16,231 bases of DNA from NCBI GenBank assembly GCA_031370645.1, contig JANMQV010000098.1, positions 1 to 16,231 on the forward strand, given 5' to 3'. Position numbers and translations under genes: made by a program. Shown piece after piece: positions 1-11,216 of this stretch; position 1 is the stretch's first letter, and each line of letters begins with the position of its first letter. The notes beneath the pieces are model-generated. The model did not search any database. It was given only the letters and a program-made list of their open reading frames with translations, and was not told where the DNA came from. The stretch comes from Candidatus Eiseniibacteriota bacterium. GTDB lineage: Bacteria; Eisenbacteria; RBG-16-71-46; SZUA-252.

Positions 1-2
1 CG

Positions 3-464
3 GGTTGCCGTGGTGCTCGTGGTACCGGCTCGCTTTGCTGGCCGTGCCCGACCGATGCGACCATGATGAGCAACTGGGCGGCTGCGAGTGGCTTCAACAC
101 GACCACGTACGGTCCGCTTCTTCCGATCCAGGACTTCACGAAGGCGACGGGCGTGACCGAGCCGGCGCCGGGGGCGGTCCCGCGCGTGAACGCGCTCGGT
201 CAGAACCGGCCGAACCCGTTCAATCCCGCGACCACCATCCCATTCAGTACGGCCGCCGCGGGACGAGTCAATATCCGCGTGTTCGACGTCGCGGGACGCC
301 TGGTCAGGACGCTCATGGATCGCGTGATGCCTTCGGGGGACTACGTGGCTCGGTGGAATGGCGAAACGGAATCCGGCTCGCGTGCCGCGAGCGGCGCCTA
401 CTTCTACCGAATCGTCTTTCCGAGCGGCGAGATCTCGAACAAGAAGATGATCATTCTCCGCTAG
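3..464 (+). CDS. 3' end of a secreted protein with a C-terminal FlgD-Ig / T9SS type A-like sorting domain (truncated by window edge)
   Basis: The frame of ORF 63..464 is open back to base 3 (GCRGARGTGSLCWPCPTDAT-MM). It ends in NRPNPFNPATTIPF...IRVFDVAGRLVRTL...WNGETESGSRAASGAYFYRI...KKMIILR*, the typical FlgD-like/CTD signature. Confidence 0.85.
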   Translation, partial: GCRGARGTGSLCWPCPTDATMMSNWAAASGFNTTTYGPLLPIQDFTKATGVTEPAPGAVPRVNALGQNRPNPFNPATTIPFSTAAAGRVNIRVFDVAGRLVRTLMDRVMPSGDYVARWNGETESGSRAASGAYFYRIVFPSGEISNKKMIILR

Positions 465-566
465 GAGAGCTCCGCCACACCGGGCCGCGCCTCCCGGCGA
501 CCGCGCCTCCGAACTCGGGCGAACTCATTGCCGCCCAAACGGATGACCCCCGCCGGCCGCCGCCCC

Positions 567-596
567 TCGACAGCCGCCCCCCCGACCTGTTATAAA
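567..596 (+). promoter_or_regulatory. Candidate sigma70-type promoter for hppA
   Basis: TCGACA (567-572), 18-nt spacer, TATAAA (591-596) preceded by TGn (extended -10). It is an AT-rich patch in a very GC-rich spacer. Confidence 0.4.
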
Positions 597-699
597 CGAA
601 AGGTTTGCGGGGGTTTTTCACGATTGAATGGGCGATGAAGCGTCTGCACCCCCCAGGCGGCCAACCCCACGGACAGCTCAAGCTCGAAGTGAGGTATTG

Positions 700-3240
<2,541 letters not shown>

Positions 3241-3265
3241 CGGCGGCAGTTCCGCCTAGGAACAC

Positions 3266-3302
3266 GGGACGGGCCGTCGCGCGATCCGCGGCGGCCCGTT
3301 CT
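3266..3302 (+). terminator. GC-rich hairpin after hppA (possible terminator or 3' stabiliser)
   Basis: ACGGGCCGTCGCG (3269-3281) pairs with CGCGGCGGCCCGT (3287-3299) with one G-U and a 5-nt loop. No real U-tract. Confidence 0.45.
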
Positions 3303-3333
3303 CGCTCCGGCATCCCGCATCGCGGGTAGCGGC

Positions 3334-3362
3334 TTGAGTGCTCTGGCGCCGGGGCGCATAGT
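3334..3362 (+). promoter_or_regulatory. Candidate sigma70 promoter abutting the S8 start codon (leaderless-type)
   Basis: TTGAGT (3334-3339), 17 nt, CATAGT (3357-3362), 8 nt, ATG 3371. No clear Shine-Dalgarno. Confidence 0.35.
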
Positions 3363-3370
3363 GGGGCGCC

Positions 3371-5140
3371 ATGAAGGGGAGGCGAGTTGTGACCGCGAGC
3401 ATTTGGAGATGGATCGGCCCCGGTCTTGCCGTCCTGTTCCTGACCTCACCGATCGACGCCGTAGCGGCAAGTCGGCCAAGCCATCCGCCCCCGCCCCGAA
3501 CACCCCAGTCACTCCCGTACATCCCTGGCGAAGTCGTCGTCATCGCGAACCAGGGAATCCTCGACGCGGCAACGGGAGGTGCTGCGTTCTCACGCAACGC
3601 GAGCGTGAATGGGCTTCTCGCCAGCCTGGGTCTCGCGAAGGGGCGGATTCTCGGACCATCGCTCCGGCGCGGAGCCCCTCGTCGCGAGGAAGCGTGGGTC
3701 CTCACGAGTCGGAGCCCCGGATTCGATCCCGTCGCGGCCGCCAGCGCGCTCCAGGCGACCGGAGTCGTCCGCGCGGCAACCGCCAACTATCGCTTCAGCC
3801 TCTTCGCCACACTTCCGAGCGATCTCTTCCTCCCGTTCCAGTGGTACGTGGACGACAACGGGTTCGCCGACATTCGCCTGCCACAAGCGTGGGATCTCGC
3901 GAGGGGCGACACTTCGGTCGTGATCGCGATCATGGACACGGGGGTCGACACGACTCATCCCGACCTGGCGAGTCAGATTTGGCGGAACGCGGAAGAAGTG
4001 GCGGGAAACGGTATCGACGACGACGGAAACGGTTTGATCGACGACGTCGGGGGATGGGACTTCGGCATGGGGGACAACGATCCGAAACCGGAGTACACGG
4101 CCGATGCATCCGGAATCGATGTCGGCTTTCACGGCACATTCTGCGCGGGGATCGCGTCCGCGGCGACCGACAACGGCGACGGCATCTCGGGCGCCGGTTG
4201 GAAGTGCCGCATCATGCCGCTCAAGATATCGCGCCCCGATAGCGGCCTCGTCTCGAGTGCGATCGCGGGCGCGTTTCTCTACGCCATCGACCAGCATGCG
4301 TCGGTGATCTCGATGAGCTTCGGCGGCCCGGGCGATCCGGGAGTGCCGGAGTTCTTCCAGGAACTCGTGGACATGGCCACGAACGCGGGCGTCCTCTGCG
4401 TGGCGGCCGCGGGAAACGACGGCTCGGACGTCCCCGTCTATCCGGCTGCCTGCGGCAACGTGCTCGCGGTCGGCGCCACCGGTCTCGACAACGCCCGCGC
4501 CAGTTTCTCGAATTGGGGCGCCTGGGTCGATGTGGCGGCACCCGGGAGCACCATGTGGTCCACCATCTGCGGCAACTACGAGTTCACGACCTTGGATCAA
4601 CTCTTCTATCTCCTCCTCTTCGGTTGGGACGGCCTGAATCCCTACATGTACGGCGACGGCACCTCCTTCGCCTGCCCTCTGACGGCGGGGGTCTGCGGCC
4701 TCGTGCGCGCGAAATACCCCGGATTGACGCCTCAGACCGTCATGCAGCACCTGATCGCCACCGGGGACGCGGTGGCGTACGATCTTCCGATCGGGGTGAA
4801 GGTGAACGCGTTTCGGGCGGTGTCCAGTCTGCCGACGGCGGTCGCGGTGGAGCCGCTGGCGCCGGCAGTGGCGCGCGTCCTCGCCGTGCCGAATCCAATC
4901 TCGGGCGCCGGGGAGATCCGCTTTGACCTCCCCATGGGTGGATGGGCGCGTCTCGCGCTCTTCGACGCGCAGGGGCGGCGCGTTCGGGCGCTTGCAGAGG
5001 GTGTGTTCACGCCGGGCGTCCACCGCGTGCTCTGGAACGGCGCGGACGAGCGGGGGTACCACCTCGCCGCAGCGGTCTATTTCGCTCGGTTGGAGACGAG
5101 AGAACTCACGACGACGACGAAATTGATCCTCGTGCCGTAA
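3371..5140 (+). CDS. Secreted S8 family serine peptidase (subtilase) with C-terminal FlgD-Ig/T9SS-like domain
   Basis: Catalytic triad motifs IMDTG (Asp 3935), HGTFCAG (His 4130) and GTSFACP (Ser 4664); oxyanion AAAGN; NGIDDDGNGLIDDVGGWDF Ca-binding-type loop; hydrophobic N-terminal signal; tail PNPI...LFDAQGRRVRAL...WNGADERG...VYFARL...KLILVP*. Confidence 0.93.
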   Translation: MKGRRVVTASIWRWIGPGLAVLFLTSPIDAVAASRPSHPPPPRTPQSLPYIPGEVVVIANQGILDAATGGAAFSRNASVNGLLASLGLAKGRILGPSLRRGAPRREEAWVLTSRSPGFDPVAAASALQATGVVRAATANYRFSLFATLPSDLFLPFQWYVDDNGFADIRLPQAWDLARGDTSVVIAIMDTGVDTTHPDLASQIWRNAEEVAGNGIDDDGNGLIDDVGGWDFGMGDNDPKPEYTADASGIDVGFHGTFCAGIASAATDNGDGISGAGWKCRIMPLKISRPDSGLVSSAIAGAFLYAIDQHASVISMSFGGPGDPGVPEFFQELVDMATNAGVLCVAAAGNDGSDVPVYPAACGNVLAVGATGLDNARASFSNWGAWVDVAAPGSTMWSTICGNYEFTTLDQLFYLLLFGWDGLNPYMYGDGTSFACPLTAGVCGLVRAKYPGLTPQTVMQHLIATGDAVAYDLPIGVKVNAFRAVSSLPTAVAVEPLAPAVARVLAVPNPISGAGEIRFDLPMGGWARLALFDAQGRRVRALAEGVFTPGVHRVLWNGADERGYHLAAAVYFARLETRELTTTTKLILVP

Positions 5141-5170
5141 GGGGCCGCGGGACCGTTAGGGGGGACGAAG

Positions 5171-6106
5171 ATGCTCGGGACACGTTGGGCGATGGTGGCG
5201 GCGCTTGTCGTCGCAATGCTAGGTCAGGCGACGGAGGCGGAGGCAAAACGGGCCGCGCCGAGCGGGCCGGGAAAGACGTTCAACACCGGAAGCGTTACGA
5301 TCTGGTACGAGGTCCGAGGAACGACGACGGGGCGGCCGCTGGTCATGGTGAACGGCGGACCCGGCTTCGACCACACCTACGTGCTTTGCTCCGACGCGTG
5401 GGACACACTCGCGAAACGTCGCCGCGTCGTCTTCTACGATCAGCGCGGAAACGGGCGGTCGGGCGCGCTCACTGAAGCCCAGACCTGCACGGTTGCCGAC
5501 CAGATCGCCGACCTCGAAGCGCTCCGAAGGGAACTCCACGCCGACAAGATCGACCTGTTGGGGCACTCCTGGGGCGGGTACCTCGTGATGGCGTACGCGG
5601 CGCGTCACTCGGAACATCTGGCGCACCTCATCATCGCCGATTCCGCCTCGCCGAAGTGGACCGACACCGACTTCATCTTCAAGTACGTCTTCCCGGAGGG
5701 AATCGACCGGCAGGGGGTGCTCGATTTCGCGGACGCCGTCGGCGACACTGCGGCAGCAGGCAGGAGCATGCACGAGTACCTGAGAATGCTCTTCGTCTCC
5801 ACGGAGAAGCGCGACGAGTTTCTCTCGCACGAACGCGACTACCACTTCAGTCGTTCCGTGAATGCGACGCTCGACGCCGAGCTGAGCCGAATCGACATGT
5901 GGCCGGCACTCCAGACGCTCGCCATGCCGACGCTCGTCCTCACGGGACGCTACGACATCAACGTCGCGCCGAGTACCGCGTGGAAGATCCACAAAGCGAT
6001 TCGTGGATCGAAGTGGGAAGTGTTCGAGAAGAGTGGTCACCTTCCGTACTTCGAGGAGCCGGAGAAGTTCGTCCGCGTCGTGGAAGGATTCATCGGGACT
6101 CCCTGA
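5171..6106 (+). CDS. Alpha/beta hydrolase, proline iminopeptidase-like (S33), with signal peptide
   Basis: NGGPG, YDQRGNGRS, nucleophile GHSWGG, GRYD acid and SGHLP His motifs. N-terminus MLGTRWAMVAALVVAMLGQATEAEA resembles a Sec signal. G-rich RBS upstream. Confidence 0.88.
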   Translation: MLGTRWAMVAALVVAMLGQATEAEAKRAAPSGPGKTFNTGSVTIWYEVRGTTTGRPLVMVNGGPGFDHTYVLCSDAWDTLAKRRRVVFYDQRGNGRSGALTEAQTCTVADQIADLEALRRELHADKIDLLGHSWGGYLVMAYAARHSEHLAHLIIADSASPKWTDTDFIFKYVFPEGIDRQGVLDFADAVGDTAAAGRSMHEYLRMLFVSTEKRDEFLSHERDYHFSRSVNATLDAELSRIDMWPALQTLAMPTLVLTGRYDINVAPSTAWKIHKAIRGSKWEVFEKSGHLPYFEEPEKFVRVVEGFIGTP

Positions 6107-6119
6107 GTTCCGATTCCTC

Positions 6120-8441
6120 ATGGCCGAGCGCCGCATCAGCCATTACCTGCTCGAACGCCTCCTCGGCGCGGGCGGCATGGGGGAGGTTCACCTCGCCCGC
6201 GATCTTGCATTGGGGCGACCCGCAGCCCTAAAAATCCTGCCGCGCGGCTTCGATCCCATCCAGCGCTCCCGATTGCTCGAAGAGGCGCGCATCTCGGCGC
6301 GGCTCCAGCATCCCGCCATCGCCACGTTCTACGAGGCGGGGGAACAAGGCGGCGAGGCGTTCATCGCGATGGAGTACGTGCCGGGGGAGACGCTCCGCGC
6401 CCGACTTCGCGGCGGCGCGCTTCCTTCATCGGACGCGATCGGGTTGATCGCCTCGATCCTCGAGGGGCTCGTCCACGCTCACGCGCTCGGCGTGCTCCAC
6501 CGCGACATCAAACCCGAGAATGTCATGGTCGCGGGGCCGAACCTCGGCCGGCTCCTCGATTTCGGCATCGCCAAGCAGTTGTCGGCGGACGCGGCCGGCC
6601 CCGCGACGCAGGAAACGGCACTCACGGAAGCCGGTGCCATGATCGGAACGCCCGGCTACATGGCGCCGGAGCAACTGCAGGGATCACCGGCCAATGCTCG
6701 GAGTGATCTCTTCTCGGTCGGGGCGCTCCTGCATGAAGCGCTGACGGGCCGCCGGCTCTTCGACGGCGCCTCCGGCTCGGAGCGGATGGCGCGGGTTCTC
6801 ACGTCCACCGTGCCGGCCCTGGAGCCGCAAGGCGCGCCGCGCGGCATCGACGCGATCCTAGCGCGCGCCCTCGCCAAAAATCCCGCCGAGCGCTTTGCCT
6901 CGGCGTCCGAATTCCTTGTGTCGCTTCAAGCACTCGGGGCGGGTGGCCGCGCAAGCGCGATGCCCGATACGGTGGCGGTCGTCGACCTCGAGAACGCCTC
7001 GGCCGACCCCTCCGACGCTTGGATCGGGAGCGCCGTGGCCGAACAGCTGACGGGCGATTTGGCGCGCGTCGGCGGGCTCCAGGTGGTAGCCCGCGAACGA
7101 GTGATTCGGTCACGCGATGTCGCCGGGGGCGGAGGCGCCGATGACGCCCTCGAGCGGGCGCGTGCGCTCGGGTGCCGCTGGCTACTCTCGGGAAGCTTTC
7201 AACGGAGCGGTCCGGCCCTCCGACTCACCACTCGGCTCACCGAAGTCTCGACCGCGCGCGTCGTCACATCGGAGCGTCTCGACGGCACGGTGGCCGAAAT
7301 CTTCTCGCTGCAAGACCGGCTGGCCGCGGCGGTCGTCCGAAGTTTTCCGCTCGATCTCGCCTCAGTATCGGCGCGGACGTCCGAGACGCCGCAGATCGGC
7401 GCCTACGAGCTTTACGCCACGGGGAGACGGCTCTTTCATCGACTTCAGAAGGGCACGTTTGCCGATGCGAAGAGGCAATTCGAACGCGCCATCGAGATCG
7501 ATCCCCGCTTCGCTCCGCCTCACAGCGGGCTCGCGTCGATCCACGCCATGCACTTCACCTACATGACGGATACGAAAGAGCTCGAATTGGCGGAGGCGTA
7601 CGCGAAGCGATCGATCGAGCTCGACCCGTCGCACGGCGACGCCTATTCCTGGCTCGCGTATGCCTGTTGGCGTCTCGGACGGCCCGAGGAAGCGCTGGCC
7701 GCCGCGAAGTTCTCCGAGCAGTTGGCGCCCGATTCCTCGTACGGCGACTATTTCGCCGGCTGCACGCTCTGGTCGATTGGACGGCGTGAAGAGGCGGTGG
7801 TCTGCTACCAGCGCGCCGTGCTCCGCGACCGCCAGCATGGGTTCGCCTGGATGGCGCTCGGCATGCTCCTGGCCGAACTCGGACAATTCCAAGAGGCGGA
7901 GTGGTGCGTCGCGCAAGCGATCGCCCAGGAGGGACAGCCCGGGTCGAGTCCCACAACCGGGGCGAGCGTAACGCTCGGTGAGGTGTTTCGGCTTCAGGGG
8001 CGGCTCGCGGAGGCGCGCCGCGCCTGTCTGGAGGGAATCGCAACGGCCGAGCAGGCGGATCACATGTTACGGGACTCGATGCGCGCGATGGGCCTCGTCA
8101 TCATCGGCACGATCGCGGTCGATCAGGGGGATCGCGATGCGGCACAAGCCGCGTTCACGCAGGCGGTGGCGCACCTGAAGGGAAGGCCGCGAACGTTGGG
8201 AGGGAGACACTTCCTGGTTCGGGCTCTTGCCGGATTGTCGCGTCTGGGTGCGGACGAGTCGATCTATCTGGAAGGGAAGCGAATCCTCGAGGGCGGCGAC
8301 GCCTACGACAGCTCGTGGCTCTGGTGCGCGAGGACTCGCGAAGCGCGCACCGCGCTGGCCGACGCGGCGGCCGCTCTCGGTCGGGAGGACGATGCGGCGG
8401 CGCTTCGTAAGGCTAGCGCTGAGGAGCGCCCCGGCGCCTAG
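6120..8441 (+). CDS. Hanks-type Ser/Thr protein kinase with TolB-like domain and TPR repeats
   Basis: GAGGMG loop, AALK, HRDIKPEN, DFG and GTPGYMAPE. Then VAVVDLEN...LSGSFQRSGPALRLTTRL...IFSLQD (TolB-like/CsgG-like) and several TPR-like helical repeats. Start at ATG 6120 (MAERRISHY), 13 nt after the upstream stop, rather than the overlapping 6003. Confidence 0.92.
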   Translation: MAERRISHYLLERLLGAGGMGEVHLARDLALGRPAALKILPRGFDPIQRSRLLEEARISARLQHPAIATFYEAGEQGGEAFIAMEYVPGETLRARLRGGALPSSDAIGLIASILEGLVHAHALGVLHRDIKPENVMVAGPNLGRLLDFGIAKQLSADAAGPATQETALTEAGAMIGTPGYMAPEQLQGSPANARSDLFSVGALLHEALTGRRLFDGASGSERMARVLTSTVPALEPQGAPRGIDAILARALAKNPAERFASASEFLVSLQALGAGGRASAMPDTVAVVDLENASADPSDAWIGSAVAEQLTGDLARVGGLQVVARERVIRSRDVAGGGGADDALERARALGCRWLLSGSFQRSGPALRLTTRLTEVSTARVVTSERLDGTVAEIFSLQDRLAAAVVRSFPLDLASVSARTSETPQIGAYELYATGRRLFHRLQKGTFADAKRQFERAIEIDPRFAPPHSGLASIHAMHFTYMTDTKELELAEAYAKRSIELDPSHGDAYSWLAYACWRLGRPEEALAAAKFSEQLAPDSSYGDYFAGCTLWSIGRREEAVVCYQRAVLRDRQHGFAWMALGMLLAELGQFQEAEWCVAQAIAQEGQPGSSPTTGASVTLGEVFRLQGRLAEARRACLEGIATAEQADHMLRDSMRAMGLVIIGTIAVDQGDRDAAQAAFTQAVAHLKGRPRTLGGRHFLVRALAGLSRLGADESIYLEGKRILEGGDAYDSSWLWCARTREARTALADAAAALGREDDAAALRKASAEERPGA

Positions 8442-8891
8442 GGCTTGAAAGCGAGAACTGGATGATGCGGCGAACAGGACGTTCGCCGGGCCAGGATCGC
8501 GATTCCTTCGAGGATGTCACCACCTCGCGATTGTAGCGCCATGATCTCAATCCGCGCGCGGGAGTCGTTAGGGCATCCATTCAGGAGGATCCGCCTCGGT
8601 AAGAGCTACCTACGCTTCGTAGATTCGCCTACCCCAACTGTGGCTTGGGGTCACGATCCGCCTCTCGGTCTCCCTCTTCCGGCACATCCGAGGGCCATAC
8701 CCCGCCTCATCTTGCGGGGCATTTCCGCCACGAACCACCGGTGGCACGCTTCTCGCAATTCCCGATTGAAGTGAAGGATGGCACTCAACGCGCGAGACCC
8801 GCGCCGCCCCTCCCGCGGGGGGCGGGGGCGCGCACTCCGGGGATCTGCCATCGGATTCGACCGAATGCTGTTCACCAATAAGGAGAACCAC

Positions 8892-9977
8892 ATGATCACT
8901 CGTCCGAGAACGCACCTGTTGGTCCCGCTTCTTGCCCTCAGCCTGACGCTCGGCATGGCCGAGACGGGTCACGCGAAGAATCACAACCCCACGGGATCTA
9001 GCGGCACGTCCGCGAGCCTCCGGATCAATTTCGGGAGTTCGCCGCGCTGGTCCAACATTCGTGGCACCTCCGTCCAGAGGATCAACCAGGGGTATCGCAC
9101 CAATTACGATATGTTCCGCTACGGCCAGAATTTCTATGTCTACAACAACGCCGATGACCGCTGGTACATGTCCCGCCGGTATCGCGGCCAATTCCGGATG
9201 ATCGACGATCGCTCGGTTCCGTGGCAGATCCGCCGTCTCTCACGGGAAAATTGGCGCAACTATCCGACCGCCTGGGATAATCGCGACTACCGGGGCTGGA
9301 ATGGCCCGTACTCGACGATGCAGGTTAATTTCGGCGGCAGGCCGCGATGGATGGGCGTCAACGGTACGCGCGTCGAGGCGGTCTACGGCGCGAATCGGCC
9401 GAGCTATGACGTGTTCCGCTTGAACGGCTCGTACTATGCCTACAACAACGACCGGTGGTACACCTCATCTCGCGAAAGCGGTGAGTTCACGATCATCGAC
9501 GAACAGTCGATCCCCAGCGAGTTCTCCAGGGTCCCTCGGGATCAGTGGCGCAACTATCCGTCCGAATGGGATGGCCGCGACTACCAGGGATCGAACGGCT
9601 CGAACTGGTCGAACGGCTCGTACGGGACGCTGACGGTCAGCTTCGGGAGCGCTCCACGCTGGACCGGCATCTCGGGTACGCGCGTCGAGGAGATCTACGG
9701 CCAGCAGCGGCCGGGATACGACGTGTTCCGCTACGGCGGCAGCTACTACGCGTACAACAATGACCAGTGGTACACGTCCTCGCGTGAGAGCGGTCAGTTC
9801 ACGCAAATCGACGAAGGTTCCGTGCCGGACGAGTTCTTCTCGATCCCGCGCAACCATTGGCGCAACTATCCGTCGGGTTGGCAGGACGATAACAACAACC
9901 CGCGGTACAACAATTCGGACCGCAGAAGCTCGCGGGATCGGAATGACCAGTGGGGGAGCGGACGCGGCGGCAACTAG
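8892..9977 (+). CDS. Secreted hypothetical protein with three tandem aromatic-rich repeats
   Basis: AAGGAG (8880-8885) precedes ATG 8892; signal peptide MITRPRTHLLVPLLALSLTLGMAETGHA; three internal repeats; followed by a terminator. Confidence 0.85.
   Translation: MITRPRTHLLVPLLALSLTLGMAETGHAKNHNPTGSSGTSASLRINFGSSPRWSNIRGTSVQRINQGYRTNYDMFRYGQNFYVYNNADDRWYMSRRYRGQFRMIDDRSVPWQIRRLSRENWRNYPTAWDNRDYRGWNGPYSTMQVNFGGRPRWMGVNGTRVEAVYGANRPSYDVFRLNGSYYAYNNDRWYTSSRESGEFTIIDEQSIPSEFSRVPRDQWRNYPSEWDGRDYQGSNGSNWSNGSYGTLTVSFGSAPRWTGISGTRVEEIYGQQRPGYDVFRYGGSYYAYNNDQWYTSSRESGQFTQIDEGSVPDEFFSIPRNHWRNYPSGWQDDNNNPRYNNSDRRSSRDRNDQWGSGRGGN
9015..9881 (+). repeat. Three intragenic tandem repeat units (~85-87 aa core each)
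   Basis: Units at 9015-9275, 9315-9569 and 9627-9881 share FG..PRW...GT.V......R..YD.FR....Y.YNN..D.WY.S....G.F..ID..S.P.........WRNYP..W. DNA TGGCGCAACTATCCG occurs in all three (9252, 9546, 9858). Confidence 0.95.
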
Positions 9978-10016
9978 CCGACTCTGAACCTTCGCCACTA
10001 CCGTGTAGCTCAATCC

Positions 10017-10048
10017 AAAGCGGGCGCCGCCATTCGGCGCCCGCTTTT
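10017..10048. terminator. Likely bidirectional intrinsic terminator between convergent genes
   Basis: Perfect 13-bp inverted repeat AAAGCGGGCGCCG (10017-10029) / CGGCGCCCGCTTT (10035-10047), 5-nt loop, with A- and T-runs at the ends. Lies between the stops at 9977 (+) and 10099 (-). Confidence 0.85.
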
Positions 10049-10098
10049 CATTCCGGTGCGGATAGGGGGCCGGTTGGTGCAGGCGGAGCCAGAGTACT

Positions 10099-11208
10099 TC
10101 AGAAGTCGATGACGAACTTCCCGTCTTTGTGGAGCAGCTCGCCGTCGACGCGGATCTCGCCCCCTTGGCGGAGGTCGCAGACCATGTCCCAGTGGACGGC
10201 GGAGACGTTCGTGCCCCCTGAGATGGGGATGCTCGCGCCGAGCGCCATATGGAACGTGCCCGCGATCTTTTCATCGAAGAGGGTATTCCGCATGAATCGG
10301 GTGACCCCAGTATTGGTGCCGATCGCGAACTCGCCCGGCACGCGCGCCCCGGCATCGACGTCGAGTGTCTGGATCAGGAAGTCCTCTCCCTTGTCGGCGG
10401 TCGCCTCGACGACGCGCCCCTTCTCGAGGCGGAGCCGGACGTTGGTGACTTCGCGTCCTCGATAGACGGCCGGGTAGGTGTATCGGACGTGCCCCTCCAC
10501 GGAGCCCTCCACCGGACTCGTGAAGACTTCGCCGTCCGGCATGTTGGCCTTACCGTCGCAGTTGATGAAAGGGCGTCCCTCAATACTCAACCGCAGATCG
10601 GTATCGGGTCCGACCACGTGGACTCGCTTCTTACCTTTCAGCCAGTCGACAATTCGCTGCTGCCTCGCCGAGAAGCGCTTCCAGTATCCGATCGGATCCT
10701 CGAGATCGGGAAGGCAGGCGCCATAGACGAAGTCCTCGAACTCGCAGAGCCCCATCTCCGCGTCCTGCGCTCCCGCGTTGGTCGGGAAGAGGGTTCCTAC
10801 CCAACGCATCTCGCCTGCGGAGTGGCGCTGCATGAAGATTCTTGAGGTCTCGCCCGTGGCCCGCTGGTTCAGCGCCATCTTCGCGGCCGGCACATTGCTG
10901 AGCGACTTGGTGTTCGCCGCTCCCATCAGGGCGATAATTCCTTCGTAGGTTTCGACCACGAGTCGGAACGGCGGAGGAACGTGCTGCAGCTGCTCCTCGG
11001 ACGCGTGCTGGTAGAAGATTTCATCCAGTCCGGGGAGCGTGGCGAGCACCGTGGGGTGGGCGCCGGCGTTGAGGACCGAGGCGTAAATCGCCCGGATCAG
11101 CGGCTCGGCAAGGGTGCTCCCGAGTATTGCCACCTTTTGACCCGGCTTAGCGGCGATGGAATAGTTCACGAGGAGATTGGCGAGTTTTTCGACGCGAAGA
11201 TCGCTCAT
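10099..11208 (-). CDS. M29 family (AmpS/PepS/aminopeptidase T type) metalloaminopeptidase
   Basis: KLANLLVNYS start, FPT...AQDAEM, NMPDGEVFTSP, GEFAIGTN, LFDEKIAGTFHMALG and SAVHWDMVCDLR match the M29 metal-ligand pattern (E,E,E,H,H,D). Confidence 0.93.
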   Translation of the reverse strand: MSDLRVEKLANLLVNYSIAAKPGQKVAILGSTLAEPLIRAIYASVLNAGAHPTVLATLPGLDEIFYQHASEEQLQHVPPPFRLVVETYEGIIALMGAANTKSLSNVPAAKMALNQRATGETSRIFMQRHSAGEMRWVGTLFPTNAGAQDAEMGLCEFEDFVYGACLPDLEDPIGYWKRFSARQQRIVDWLKGKKRVHVVGPDTDLRLSIEGRPFINCDGKANMPDGEVFTSPVEGSVEGHVRYTYPAVYRGREVTNVRLRLEKGRVVEATADKGEDFLIQTLDVDAGARVPGEFAIGTNTGVTRFMRNTLFDEKIAGTFHMALGASIPISGGTNVSAVHWDMVCDLRQGGEIRVDGELLHKDGKFVIDF

Positions 11209-11216
11209 GGGTAGGG

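Noticed and set aside
3590-5062. 490-aa minus-strand ORF and other alternative-frame ORFs over the S8, hydrolase, kinase, M29 and oxidase genes
   Set aside because: They fully overlap well-supported genes and give Arg/Pro/Gly-rich low-information translations.
8442-8891. Long intergenic region with a GC hairpin (~8804-8825), GTTAGGG and short ORFs
   Set aside because: No convincing CDS, no RYYYAAC partner for an attC site, and no recognisable RNA motif.
9591-9620. Short 9-nt tandem repeat TCGAACGGC/TCGAACTGG/TCGAACGGC
   Set aside because: It only encodes the SNGSNWSNGS linker between repeat units.
9015-9881. Repeats as a CRISPR array or DGR template/variable repeats
   Set aside because: Units are ~300 nt, in frame and diverged at all base types; no cas or reverse transcriptase gene is present.
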